Shown: positions 36,813 to 46,623, numbered from the stretch's first letter. The stretch: 59,223 nucleotides of DNA from an uncultured Oscillospiraceae bacterium (GCA_964462775.1 CAYWZB010000001.1:1-59223), one strand, 5' to 3'. Numbers and translations: made by a program. Notes: generated from the sequence alone by a model not told the origin.

Positions 36813-38096
36813 ATGGAAAACAGAGAAATTGCCATCCGGGTCTCCGGAGTGAAGAAAAAATACAAGCTGGGTCAGATTGGCGGCGGCACGCTGACCGCGG
36901 ATCTGCAAAGCTGGTGGGCAAGAGTCCGGGGTAAGGAAGATCCCAACTCCATGGTCGGCACCGACCAGCGGCTGGTGGGTCAGACCTTTATGGCGCTGAA
37001 CGGCGTTGACCTGACGGTGTACAAGGGCGAGGCTCTGGGCATCATCGGCGGCAACGGCGCGGGCAAGAGCACCCTGCTGAAGCTGCTGTGCCGGGTCACC
37101 GCTCCCACGGAGGGCGAAATTGACCTGTACGGCCGCATTGCCTCCATGCTGGAGGTGGGCACCGGCTTCAACGGCGAAATGACCGGCCGGGAAAATGTCT
37201 ATATGAACGGCGCAATTCTGGGCATGACCAAGGCGGAAATCGATGCGAAAATGGAGGATATCATTGAATTTTCCGAGGTGCGGGACTTTATCGACACCCC
37301 GGTCAAGCGGTATTCCTCCGGTATGTTCGTCAAGCTGGCTTTCTCCGTGGCGGCACATCTGGACAGCGAGATCATGATTATGGACGAGGTGCTGGCGGTG
37401 GGCGACATGGCCTTCCAGAAAAAGTGCCTGGACAAAATGCGTGCCGCTGCCACACAGGAGGGACGCACCGTCCTGTATGTCAGCCACAATATGAATACCA
37501 TCCGCCGGCTGTGCGACCGGTGCATCGTGCTGGATAAGGGCAGAGTGATCTTTGAAGGCGACGTGGAAGAGGCCATTGAGCTGTATATGCACAAGGAGAC
37601 TGTACGCAACGAGTGGACAGAGGGCATGACGGAATGCAGCTATCTGGACACCACGGCACGCTCCCTCTACGGCAAGGGCGGCGCTGTGTTGCAGCATCTG
37701 CGGCTGCTGGACAAGGATGTGGCGCTGTACGCCACAGGGGAAAAGATCCGCTTTTCCATGCGTGTGCTGGCAAAGCGTGCTTTTTCCGACCTTCGTCTGC
37801 GGCTGGAGATTCAGTATGGTGATGATATGCCCGTAGGCACCATGCCCAGTGTCTCCCTGGGTGCCATGGAGGCGGGGCAGGTCAAGGATTTTGAGGTGAG
37901 CTTCGATCCCATTGGACTGACCACCGGCAAATACCGGGTGGATCTGGTGCTGTTTGACATGGATGAGTTTGGTGCGGTTTATGATCAGGAGCTGATGCTG
38001 CCTGCCTTCCGCATTGAAATCGATGAAACCAGGGACATCAACTGGAATACCGCCAACTGGGGCAGAATCCGCTTCCCCGACGCACAGATTCGGTAA
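36813..38096 (+). CDS. wzt: Polysaccharide ABC transporter ATPase Wzt with C-terminal carbohydrate-binding domain
   Basis: GGNGAGKSTL, YSSGM, DEVLAVGD, VSH, plus a ~150-aa beta-rich C-terminal extension. Confidence 0.92.
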   Translation: MENREIAIRVSGVKKKYKLGQIGGGTLTADLQSWWARVRGKEDPNSMVGTDQRLVGQTFMALNGVDLTVYKGEALGIIGGNGAGKSTLLKLLCRVTAPTEGEIDLYGRIASMLEVGTGFNGEMTGRENVYMNGAILGMTKAEIDAKMEDIIEFSEVRDFIDTPVKRYSSGMFVKLAFSVAAHLDSEIMIMDEVLAVGDMAFQKKCLDKMRAAATQEGRTVLYVSHNMNTIRRLCDRCIVLDKGRVIFEGDVEEAIELYMHKETVRNEWTEGMTECSYLDTTARSLYGKGGAVLQHLRLLDKDVALYATGEKIRFSMRVLAKRAFSDLRLRLEIQYGDDMPVGTMPSVSLGAMEAGQVKDFEVSFDPIGLTTGKYRVDLVLFDMDEFGAVYDQELMLPAFRIEIDETRDINWNTANWGRIRFPDAQIR

Positions 38097-38115
38097 GGCA
38101 AAAGGAGCGACTGAC

Positions 38116-39252
38116 ATGGAAAAGATCAAAATCGTTTTTGTGATCCACGAGCTGCTGGTGGGCGGCGCGGAAAAGGCGCTGTTTGATCTGGTGACCCTGA
38201 TGGATCCGAATCGGTTTGATATCACCGTGTTTGCCCAGCACGATACCGGCCCCTGGGATGAAAAATTCCGCCAGGCGGGGATTCGGCTGGTGTATGACTA
38301 CAGCTGCCGGGCAGCCACCTGGAATCCCTGGAAAAAGCTGGGGAACATCCGCAAGAAGCTGCTGACGGCGCTTGCCTACCGAAAGGAGGGCAGGGGGCTG
38401 CTGGATCTTTGCGTTCCCGGGGCGGATATCGTGGTATCCTATGCCTCCCGGGAAAACCAGGAGCTGATTTTTGCGAAAAATGCCAAAACCGTCAAGTACA
38501 TCCATGGTGATGTTGCCAGCAACAGCCATTACCGCAACGAATTGACCCAGCTGCAGGCTTTTTTGCCCCGATATGACCGGATTGTTTGCGTTTCCGGGGA
38601 GGCGTGCCAATCCTATCAGGCCTTTTCCGGAAGAACGCAGGGCGTGGGAATGCACTTTAACCCGCTGGACAGCGGGACGGTGTTGTGTCTGGCGCAGGAG
38701 CCGGTGGAGCTTCCGGCGGATGTGCCGGTGATCTGCGCTGTTGGGCGGCTGTCGGCGGAGAAGGGCTTTGACCGGCTGGTATACATCCACCGGCGGCTGC
38801 TGGATCAGGGCATCCGGCACAAGCTGCTGCTGGTGGGCGACGGCATGGATCGGTGGCTTGTGGAAAGAATGATCCATATGACGGCTACTGAGGACTCGGT
38901 GATTCTGGTGGGGCATCAGGAAAATCCCTACCCCTATATGAAGCATTGCCGCTTCCTGGTCAATTCCTCCTATACAGAGGGGCTGCCGGTGATTGCCATG
39001 GAGGCGCTCTGTCTGGGAACGCCCATTGTCTCCGCGGTGCCCTCCATCGGTGAGCTGTTTGACGGCGAGACCTGCGGACTGATCACGAAGAATGATACCC
39101 GCAGCCTGGAGGACGGCATCCGAAAAATGCTGACGGACGACGCCTTCTATGCCACCGCGAAAGCCGGTGCGGAAAAGCGCAGCGCGTTTTTTGACGGCAG
39201 GCGCATGGCGGCGGAAATCGAAGAAATGTTTATCCAACTGGCGCAGGAATGA
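38116..39252 (+). CDS. GT4 glycosyltransferase (tandem paralog A)
   Basis: GGAEKALFDL, AVGRL..EKG, TEGLPVIAMEAL. Confidence 0.9.
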   Translation: MEKIKIVFVIHELLVGGAEKALFDLVTLMDPNRFDITVFAQHDTGPWDEKFRQAGIRLVYDYSCRAATWNPWKKLGNIRKKLLTALAYRKEGRGLLDLCVPGADIVVSYASRENQELIFAKNAKTVKYIHGDVASNSHYRNELTQLQAFLPRYDRIVCVSGEACQSYQAFSGRTQGVGMHFNPLDSGTVLCLAQEPVELPADVPVICAVGRLSAEKGFDRLVYIHRRLLDQGIRHKLLLVGDGMDRWLVERMIHMTATEDSVILVGHQENPYPYMKHCRFLVNSSYTEGLPVIAMEALCLGTPIVSAVPSIGELFDGETCGLITKNDTRSLEDGIRKMLTDDAFYATAKAGAEKRSAFFDGRRMAAEIEEMFIQLAQE

Positions 39253-39273
39253 CCTGGGCGAAGGAGGTGCCCC

Positions 39274-40446
39274 ATGAAGAAAATCAAGGTGCTGTTTATT
39301 CAGGATCAGCTGGTATGCGGCGGCGCGGAGCAGGCGCTGTTTGATCTGGTTCGGCTGCTGGATCCGGAACAGTTTCAGGTTACCGTCTTTTCACAGAAGC
39401 CCGGCGGTGCCTGGGATCAGAAATTTCTGGATGCCGGGATCCGGCTGGTGTATGATTACTCCTGCCGTCAGGCTACCTGGAATCCGGCGGTGAAGCTGCG
39501 GAATATTCGGCGTAAGCTCCGCACGGACAAAGCCTACCGCCGGGGCGGAGAGGGACTGCTGGAGGCCTGCTGTTTGGCGGATGCGGACATCATCGTGTCC
39601 TATTCCGTCTGGGATCACATCCTGTGCGGTTTTGCCCCCAACGCCAAATCTGTCAAATACATCCACGGCAACATGGGCACCAACGAGGCCTTCCGGGATC
39701 TGATCCTTCGGGATCGGGAGCTGCTGCCGAGATACAGCCGCATCGTCTGCGTTTCCCAGGGAGCGAAGGAGGCATTTGTGGAGGCCACCGGGCGGACTGA
39801 AGGGGTGGAGACCCACTTCAACCCCATGGACAGCGACAATGTGCGCCGACTGGCGCAGGAAGCTGTGTCGCTGCCGGAGGATCTGCCCATTGTCTGCGCG
39901 GTAGGCCGCCTGGCGCGGGAAAAGGGCTTTGAGCGGCTGGTGGTGATCCACAAGCGGCTGGTAGAGAAGGGCATTGCCCACCGGCTGGTCATCGTGGGAG
40001 ACGGGCCGGACCGGGAATATATGGAGCGGACTGTGGCGGCGATGGATGCCCAGGATACGGTGATTTTGGCTGGATATCAGGAAAATCCCTACCCTTATAT
40101 GGCAAAAAGCCGTTTTCTGGTGTGCTCCTCCTTTACGGAGGGACTGCCGGTGATTGCCATGGAGGCGCTGTGTCTGGGGGTTCCCGTGGTGGCGGCGGTG
40201 CCGTCGGTGGGGGAAGCCTTCGGCGGCGAGACTTGTGGGCTGATCACAGAAAATGACAACCAGAGCCTGATGGCAGGCATGGAAAAAATGCTGACCGATC
40301 AGGCCTTTTATGAGGAACGAAAGGCCGGTGCTCAGTGCCGGGCGGAATTTTTCGACGGCAAGCGCATGGTGCGCCAGCTGGAGGAAATGTTCCGGGATAT
40401 GCTGAAAGAGGAAACAGGAGGAGCGTCATGTCACAAATCACGGTAA
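39274..40446 (+). CDS. GT4 glycosyltransferase (tandem paralog B)
   Basis: GGAEQALFDL, AVGRL..EKG, TEGLPVIAMEAL; colinear with paralog A. Confidence 0.9.
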   Translation: MKKIKVLFIQDQLVCGGAEQALFDLVRLLDPEQFQVTVFSQKPGGAWDQKFLDAGIRLVYDYSCRQATWNPAVKLRNIRRKLRTDKAYRRGGEGLLEACCLADADIIVSYSVWDHILCGFAPNAKSVKYIHGNMGTNEAFRDLILRDRELLPRYSRIVCVSQGAKEAFVEATGRTEGVETHFNPMDSDNVRRLAQEAVSLPEDLPIVCAVGRLAREKGFERLVVIHKRLVEKGIAHRLVIVGDGPDREYMERTVAAMDAQDTVILAGYQENPYPYMAKSRFLVCSSFTEGLPVIAMEALCLGVPVVAAVPSVGEAFGGETCGLITENDNQSLMAGMEKMLTDQAFYEERKAGAQCRAEFFDGKRMVRQLEEMFRDMLKEETGGASCHKSR

Positions 40447-41411
40447 TGATGGCGGCGTACAACGCCCAGGAGTATATCGCCCGGGCGCTGGAAAGCCTGC
40501 AGCGGCAGACCTTCCGGGATTTTGATGTAATCGTGGTGGACGATGGCAGCAAGGACGCCACCGGTGCCATTGCCGACCGCTACGCTGCCCAGGACAGCCG
40601 CATCCATGTGCTCCACCAGCCCAATTCCGGCGTCTGCGTGACCCGGAACAACTGCCTGGACTGGGCGTATGCCCACAGCGACAGCAGCTGGGTCACCTTT
40701 GTGGACAGTGATGACTGGATCCACCCGGAAATGCTGGAACGGATGCTCCGGGTGGCTCAGGACAATGATCTGCGGATCTGCGCCTGCGGCTATCAGGAGA
40801 CCACCGGGGAGGACCCGAAGATCCGCCCGGAGGAGCTGGAGCCGGTGATCTGGAAAACCATGGATTTTTATCAGGCCAGCTATGTCAACGCCATTATGAC
40901 CTGCTGCAAGCTCTACCACAAGAGCTGCTATGAGAACATCCGGCATCCGGTGGACAATTACTTTGACGACGAGTTCGTCTCCTACAAAATGCTCTACGCT
41001 CAGGAGAAAATGGCGGTGATCCCCGCTCCTCTGTATGCGTATTTCATCAACAATACCGGTCTGACCAAGAAAAAGTGGACGCCTAAGCTGCTGGATGCCT
41101 GGGTGGCCTACGAGGAGCAGATCGCCTTCTTCCGGGAGAAAGGGGAGAAGGAACTGGTGGATTTCCGGTTCCGTGGCTATCTGGAAAACGCCATGGTCAA
41201 CTATGCCAACGCCCGGGAGGCGGAGGACAGCCCGGAGATTCTGGAAGCCAGAAAGCGGATCCGCAAGAACATCCGCCGTCTGCTGAAGCGGATGTGGAAG
41301 CAGGGCTGCCTGGAATTTTGGATCGATTTTGACATTTTGTACACCTTCTACCCCCTGGAAACCAAACTGTACCGGGCGTGGCTGGAAGTGAAGAGCAAAT
41401 TCTGCAAGTGA
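40428..41411 (+). CDS. GT2 glycosyltransferase
   Basis: VMMAAYN, VDDGSKD, FVDSDDW, KLY, DDEF. Confidence 0.9.
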   Translation: MSQITVMMAAYNAQEYIARALESLQRQTFRDFDVIVVDDGSKDATGAIADRYAAQDSRIHVLHQPNSGVCVTRNNCLDWAYAHSDSSWVTFVDSDDWIHPEMLERMLRVAQDNDLRICACGYQETTGEDPKIRPEELEPVIWKTMDFYQASYVNAIMTCCKLYHKSCYENIRHPVDNYFDDEFVSYKMLYAQEKMAVIPAPLYAYFINNTGLTKKKWTPKLLDAWVAYEEQIAFFREKGEKELVDFRFRGYLENAMVNYANAREAEDSPEILEARKRIRKNIRRLLKRMWKQGCLEFWIDFDILYTFYPLETKLYRAWLEVKSKFCK

Positions 41412-41428
41412 CCGAAGGAGCGTTTTTT

Positions 41429-42427
41429 ATGCCGACCATCAGCATGATCGTACCGGTTTACCGGGCGGAAGGGTTTCTGCATACCTGTCTGGACAGCATC
41501 CTCAGCCAGACCTTCCGGGATTTTGAGGTGCTGCTGGTGGACGACGGAAGCCCCGACCGCTCCGGGGAGATTTGCGACGACTATGCTGCCAAGGATGCCC
41601 GGATCCGGGTGATCCATCAGGAAAACCGGGGGCAGGCCGGTGCCCGGAATCACGGGCTGACCCTGGCGCAGGGACAGTGGATCTGCTACATCGACAGCGA
41701 TGACGCTGTCCATCCCCAGCTGCTGGAGCTGCTGTATCAGGCGGCGGTGGAGGGGGATTCTCCCATCAGTATGTGCGACATGCTGGAAGCTGAGAAGCTG
41801 CCCGAAGATTTTTCCCAGCCGAAGCAGCTGCAATATGAGATTCTGTCCATGGCGGAGGAATCTCTGGTATCGCTGTATGATGCCGACCGCTATCCCGGCT
41901 GGGTGGCCTGCGCCAAGCTGATCCGCCGGGACATCGTGGAGGGGTATCCCTTCACCCAGGGGCGGATCTACGAGGATAACGAAGCGGTCTGCCGCTGGAT
42001 CTGCCGGGGGCAGCGGCTGGCGCAGCTGCCCTATTCCCTGTATTTTTACCGCAGCAACCCCCAAAGCACCACCCAGTCGGCCTACAGCGTCAAAAAGCTG
42101 GACTATCTGTGGGCGCTGGAAAGCATTCTGTCTTACTATCGTCAGATTGGCTACGGCCGCATGGCGCAGCGGTTCTTTGACCGCTATGTGGAGGCGGTGG
42201 TTTCCGCCTGCAACGGTCTGCAATATGAACTGCACCGCCGGGATCTGGCAAAGCAGGTGGAACGAAACTGCCGCCGGTTTGCCAGGGAGCAGAAGCTGTC
42301 CCTTTCCCGCCGGCAGTGGGAGCTGCTGCTGGATACCATGCACCCCCGGCTGGCAGGGCTGTACTGGCCTGCGGCCGGTGTTGGGAAGAGGCTCAGCAAG
42401 ATCATGCGAAAGGGGAAAGAAACATGA
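41429..42427 (+). CDS. GT2 glycosyltransferase
   Basis: IVPVY, VDDGSPD, ARN, IDSDD, GRIYED. Confidence 0.9.
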   Translation: MPTISMIVPVYRAEGFLHTCLDSILSQTFRDFEVLLVDDGSPDRSGEICDDYAAKDARIRVIHQENRGQAGARNHGLTLAQGQWICYIDSDDAVHPQLLELLYQAAVEGDSPISMCDMLEAEKLPEDFSQPKQLQYEILSMAEESLVSLYDADRYPGWVACAKLIRRDIVEGYPFTQGRIYEDNEAVCRWICRGQRLAQLPYSLYFYRSNPQSTTQSAYSVKKLDYLWALESILSYYRQIGYGRMAQRFFDRYVEAVVSACNGLQYELHRRDLAKQVERNCRRFAREQKLSLSRRQWELLLDTMHPRLAGLYWPAAGVGKRLSKIMRKGKET

Positions 42428-43194
42428 GCATACCCAAGATCATCCACTACTGCTGGTTCGGCGGCAAGGAAAAGCCGGAGCTTGCCCAAAAGTGCATTGC
42501 CAGCTGGGAGAAATTCTGCCCGGACTATCAGATTCTGGAGTGGAACGAAAACAATTTTGACATTACTGCCGCCCCCGTCTATGTGCGCCAGGCTTACGAA
42601 GCCGGGCGCTGGGCCTTTGTGACCGATTATGTTCGGCTGAAGGCCATGCTGGACATGGGCGGCATTTATATGGATACGGATGTGGAGCTGGTCAAGCCCC
42701 TGGATCCCTTCCTGACCCATCAGGGCTTTGCGGGACTGGAAAGCCTGAAGGGGGTGCAGACCGGCCTGCTGGGCTGCGAAAAGGATTTTCCCCTGTTCCG
42801 GGACTTCCTTGCCCATTATGACACCGCTTCCTTCTACCGCCCCGACGGCACCCAGGATGTGACCACCAATGTGGAGGTGCTCACCCGGCTGTGTCAGCAG
42901 CGGGGACTGCGGATGGAGGACAGGCTGCAGGTGGTGGATGGCTTTGCCGTCTATCCCCGGGAGGTTTTCTGCCCGGTGGATTTTGATACCCGCCGCCTGA
43001 AAAAGACCCGGAAAACCGTGGCAATCCACTGGTTTGCCAACAGCTGGCACACCCAGGAGGAACTGGAAGCGGAGGAGGCGGAGCGCCGCCGCCTGCGGGA
43101 GGATCGGCGCAGCCAGATCCGCTACGGCATCGGAACGGCTTTGCTGGGAGAGCGGGGCTACGAGAAGCTGAAATCACTTTTGAAACGATCCTGA
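42424..43194 (+). CDS. GT32 (DXD, OCH1-like) glycosyltransferase
   Basis: IPKIIHYCWFG, WAFVTDYVRL, GGIYMDTDVE, IHWFANSW. Confidence 0.93.
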   Translation: MSIPKIIHYCWFGGKEKPELAQKCIASWEKFCPDYQILEWNENNFDITAAPVYVRQAYEAGRWAFVTDYVRLKAMLDMGGIYMDTDVELVKPLDPFLTHQGFAGLESLKGVQTGLLGCEKDFPLFRDFLAHYDTASFYRPDGTQDVTTNVEVLTRLCQQRGLRMEDRLQVVDGFAVYPREVFCPVDFDTRRLKKTRKTVAIHWFANSWHTQEELEAEEAERRRLREDRRSQIRYGIGTALLGERGYEKLKSLLKRS

Positions 43195-43208
43195 AAAGGG
43201 GGAAGGAC

Positions 43209-44165
43209 ATGGCCCGTATCAGTGTAATTGTGCCGGTTTACAAGGTAGAAGCGTACCTTCCCCGGTGCGTAGACAGCATTTGCCGGCAGACGTTTGCGGA
43301 CTTCACTCTGATCCTTGTGGATGATGGAAGCCCGGATGGGTGCGGTGCGCTCTGCGATGCATATGCCCGCCGGGACAGCCGGATCCGGGTGATCCATCAG
43401 GAAAACGGCGGCCTGTCCGCCGCCCGGAACGCCGGAATCGACTGGGCGTTGAACCATACGGACTGCCAGTGGCTGGCTTTTGTGGACAGCGACGACTGGG
43501 TGCATCCCAGTTTTTTGCAGACCCTTTTGGAGGGGGCGGAAAGCACCGGATGCTGCCTGAGCGCCTGCGGCTTTTGCAGAACCCAGGGAGAACCCCTGCC
43601 CCAGCCGCAAGGGGATTTTGCTGTGCTGGATGCCGATGACTATTACTGCGGTGTGGGCGGCGGTGTAGCGCCGGTGGCGTGGAACAAGCTGTACCACCGC
43701 GGTCTTTTTGCCAATCTTCGCTACCCGGTGGGCAAACTCCACGAGGACGAGTTCACCACCTACCGGGCGGTGTATCAGGCGGGAAAAGTGGCGGTGACCA
43801 CCGTCGGACTGTATGCCTACTACCAGAACCCCGAGGGCATCATCCGCTCCCGGTGGAGTCCCAGACGGCTCCATGCTCTGGAAGCCTTCCGTGAGCAGAT
43901 CGCCTTTGCCCGGGAAACCGGGCGCACCCGGCTGGAACAGCTGGCGGCGAAGCAGCTGATTTTTACCATTCACGAGCAGCTTCCCCAGGTGGACAAGACC
44001 TGCCTGCGCCGGGTGCGGCAGGAATACCGCCGGGCACTGAAGCTGGCGCGGCAGTGCGGCGCCTTCCCTGAAAAGGGGGCGCTGCTGTGGGCTTACGAGG
44101 AAGCCTACCCCTGCAAGGTATTTTGGTGGCTGCTGATGAAGGGAAAACGGGAGGAGAAGAAATGA
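43209..44165 (+). CDS. GT2 glycosyltransferase
   Basis: SVIVPVY, VDDGSPD, NGGLSAARN, FVDSDDW, WNKLY, GKLHEDEF. Confidence 0.92.
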   Translation: MARISVIVPVYKVEAYLPRCVDSICRQTFADFTLILVDDGSPDGCGALCDAYARRDSRIRVIHQENGGLSAARNAGIDWALNHTDCQWLAFVDSDDWVHPSFLQTLLEGAESTGCCLSACGFCRTQGEPLPQPQGDFAVLDADDYYCGVGGGVAPVAWNKLYHRGLFANLRYPVGKLHEDEFTTYRAVYQAGKVAVTTVGLYAYYQNPEGIIRSRWSPRRLHALEAFREQIAFARETGRTRLEQLAAKQLIFTIHEQLPQVDKTCLRRVRQEYRRALKLARQCGAFPEKGALLWAYEEAYPCKVFWWLLMKGKREEKK

Positions 44166-45136
44166 AGGATCTGATCTCGGTGATTGTGCCGGTTTATCAG
44201 GTGGCGGAGTATCTGCCCCAGTGTCTGGACAGCATCCTGTCTCAGGAGCATTCGGCGCTGGAGGTGATCCTCATTGACGACGGTTCCCGGGATGCTTCCG
44301 GGGCGATTTGCGATGCGTATGCCGCCCGGGACAGCCGGGTTCGGGTGATCCATCAGAAAAATGCCGGTGCCGCCGCAGCGAAAAATGCCGGATTGCGGGC
44401 GGCCACCGGGGAATACCTGAGCTTTGTGGACAGTGATGATTATCTGGAGCCGGGTGCCTACCGCCATATGCTCCGGTTGCTGAAGGAGTACGACGCACAG
44501 GCGGTGCAGTGCGCCTTCCGGGATGTCTATCGTACCCACACGGAAGATCAGCTCCACCACCCGCAGCGCAGTGTGCTGGAAGGCAGCGACTATCTGCTGC
44601 GCTTTTTGACGGACTGGACCTGCGCCCTGCTGTGGAACAAGCTCTATCGGCGGGAGCTGTTTCAGGGCGTGTTTTTTGAGGAAGGGCACAAGATTGACGA
44701 CGAGTATTTCACCTATCAGGGCTTCCTGAACCCCTGCCGGGTGGTGCTGGATGGGCAGATCGTTTACAATTACCGCAAGCGCCTGTCCAGCGTGATGAAT
44801 GACCCGGCTGCCGCGGAGCGGCGGGTGCAGGACTGTCTGGATGCCATGAGCAAGCGCCGGGAGCGGGTGATTGCCCGGTGTCCCCAGTTGCGCCGTGCCT
44901 TTGATGAGGGATATCTGGATGCGCTGTGGTACCTGACGGATACCCCGGGCAGCACGGAGAAAACCGTTGCCGCCCAGCGCCAATGCCTGAGACGCTACCT
45001 GACAGAAAAGGGCAATACCTTCCCCCCAAGACACCTGTGGAAGCCCCTCCTGCGAATGGGGCTGACCCCGGCAGCCCGACTGCTCCGGGAAGCGGGGAAA
45101 GATGAAACAAGCGATCCGGAAGCTTTTTTCCCTTGA
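44162..45136 (+). CDS. GT2 glycosyltransferase
   Basis: SVIVPVY, IDDGSRD, FVDSDD, WNKLY, IDDEYF. Confidence 0.92.
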   Translation: MKDLISVIVPVYQVAEYLPQCLDSILSQEHSALEVILIDDGSRDASGAICDAYAARDSRVRVIHQKNAGAAAAKNAGLRAATGEYLSFVDSDDYLEPGAYRHMLRLLKEYDAQAVQCAFRDVYRTHTEDQLHHPQRSVLEGSDYLLRFLTDWTCALLWNKLYRRELFQGVFFEEGHKIDDEYFTYQGFLNPCRVVLDGQIVYNYRKRLSSVMNDPAAAERRVQDCLDAMSKRRERVIARCPQLRRAFDEGYLDALWYLTDTPGSTEKTVAAQRQCLRRYLTEKGNTFPPRHLWKPLLRMGLTPAARLLREAGKDETSDPEAFFP

Positions 45137-45157
45137 TTGCTTAGAGAAAAATGAGGA

Positions 45158-45862
45158 ATGAATATGGCTTATCGGGTGGCAATCGTGGATGACAGCCAGG
45201 CGGATGCCGGGCTGGTTTCGGGGATTTTGGAGCACTGGGCGGAGAGCCGGCAGCTTGATGTCCGGTGGGAGACATTTTCCTCCGCGGAGAGCTTCCTCTT
45301 TGCCTATGCCGGGGACAAGCAGTGGGACATCCTGCTGCTGGATGTGGAAATGGGAGCTATGGACGGCGTGACCATGGCCAAGCGGGTGCGCCGGGACAAT
45401 GAGGCGGTGCAGATCGTGTTCATCACCGGCTATTCTGACTACATTGCCGAGGGCTACGAGGTGGCGGCGCTGCATTATCTGGTGAAGCCGGTGAAGGAGG
45501 AAAAGCTGCTGACGGTGCTGGATCGGGCGCTGGAAAAGCGCAGGCAGCAGGAGCGCTGCCTGAATCTGGAGCTGTCCGGGGAGCTGGTTCGCATTGCGCT
45601 GTATGAGATCCGGTATCTGGACGTGCGGCAGAACTACGTCACCGTCCACGGCAAGCGGGAATATACCGTCAAGTGCTCCCTGGGCGAGTTTGAAAAAAAG
45701 CTGGATGAGCGGTTTTACCGTGTGGGCCGGGGGCTGCTTGTGAACCTGAAATACATCCAGCGGGTCACCAGGACGGAGGTGCGGCTGTCGGACGGGACGG
45801 TGCTGCCCCTGCCCCGGGGTGCCTATGAAGCACTGAACCGGGCAATTATCCGGCATACATAA
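45158..45862 (+). CDS. LytTR-family response regulator
   Basis: AIVDD...LLDVEM...FITG...HYLVKP receiver; C-terminal LytTR domain (FYRVGRGLLVNL). Confidence 0.92.
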   Translation: MNMAYRVAIVDDSQADAGLVSGILEHWAESRQLDVRWETFSSAESFLFAYAGDKQWDILLLDVEMGAMDGVTMAKRVRRDNEAVQIVFITGYSDYIAEGYEVAALHYLVKPVKEEKLLTVLDRALEKRRQQERCLNLELSGELVRIALYEIRYLDVRQNYVTVHGKREYTVKCSLGEFEKKLDERFYRVGRGLLVNLKYIQRVTRTEVRLSDGTVLPLPRGAYEALNRAIIRHT

Positions 45863-45873
45863 GGAGGGGAAAG

Positions 45874-46536
45874 ATGTCCTTTTTGGCAAAGCAGATCGAT
45901 CAGCGGATCGCCCAGTACCAGCGGGAGCTGATCGAGACCCACTACCGGGAGGTGGAGAATATGTACCGCCAGATCCGGGGCTGGCGGCATGACTACCGCA
46001 ACCACATCCAGATGCTGAAGGTGCTGGCCGCCAACGGCAATCTGGATGCCCTGAAAATCTATCTGGACGAGCTGGACACGGATCTGAACACGGTGGACAC
46101 CGTGGTGAAAACCGGCAATGCCATGGCGGACGCCATTCTCAACAGCAAGCTTTCCCTGGCAAAGGCCAAGGGCATCCCGGTGCAGTGCGATGCCCGCATC
46201 CCGGTGAAGCTGAAAATGTCTGAGCTGGATCTGTGCTGCATTCTGGGCAACCTGTTTGACAATGCCATGGAAGCCAGCCTTTCCCTGCCGGAGGAGGAGC
46301 GGCTGATTCGGGTGTATCTGGATATGAAGGGGAGCCAGCTGTACATTTCCTTTACCAATTTCACCAGCGGAAAAAAGCTGACCAAGGTGGGCAAGGGCTT
46401 CCGTACCACCAAGGGCGACGGTCACGGCTTCGGTCTGGTTCGCATCGATGCCATTGTGGAGCGGCTGGATGGCTACCTGAGCCGAAACTCCGAAGATGGC
46501 GCCTTCACCACGGAGATCCTGATCCCCCAGGAATGA
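45874..46536 (+). CDS. GHKL histidine kinase (AgrC/VirS-like HATPase) without a membrane sensor domain
   Basis: 220 aa, AGGAGGG RBS; WRHDYRNH H-box, LGNLFDNAMEA, TTKG..HGFGL; no hydrophobic segment. Confidence 0.88.
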   Translation: MSFLAKQIDQRIAQYQRELIETHYREVENMYRQIRGWRHDYRNHIQMLKVLAANGNLDALKIYLDELDTDLNTVDTVVKTGNAMADAILNSKLSLAKAKGIPVQCDARIPVKLKMSELDLCCILGNLFDNAMEASLSLPEEERLIRVYLDMKGSQLYISFTNFTSGKKLTKVGKGFRTTKGDGHGFGLVRIDAIVERLDGYLSRNSEDGAFTTEILIPQE

Positions 46537-46556
46537 GGGCATCCGGCGTAAATGTG

Positions 46557-46623
46557 CAATTCGTCCCCCAATTTTGACAATTCGTCCCCAGAATGCTCCG
46601 GGGACGTTTTTTTATGGTATAGT
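46557..46623 (+). promoter_or_regulatory. LytTR-type direct-repeat operator and extended -10
   Basis: CAATTCGTCCCC at 46557 and 46578 (21-bp period), then TGGTATAGT with -10 at 46618-46623. Confidence 0.8.
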
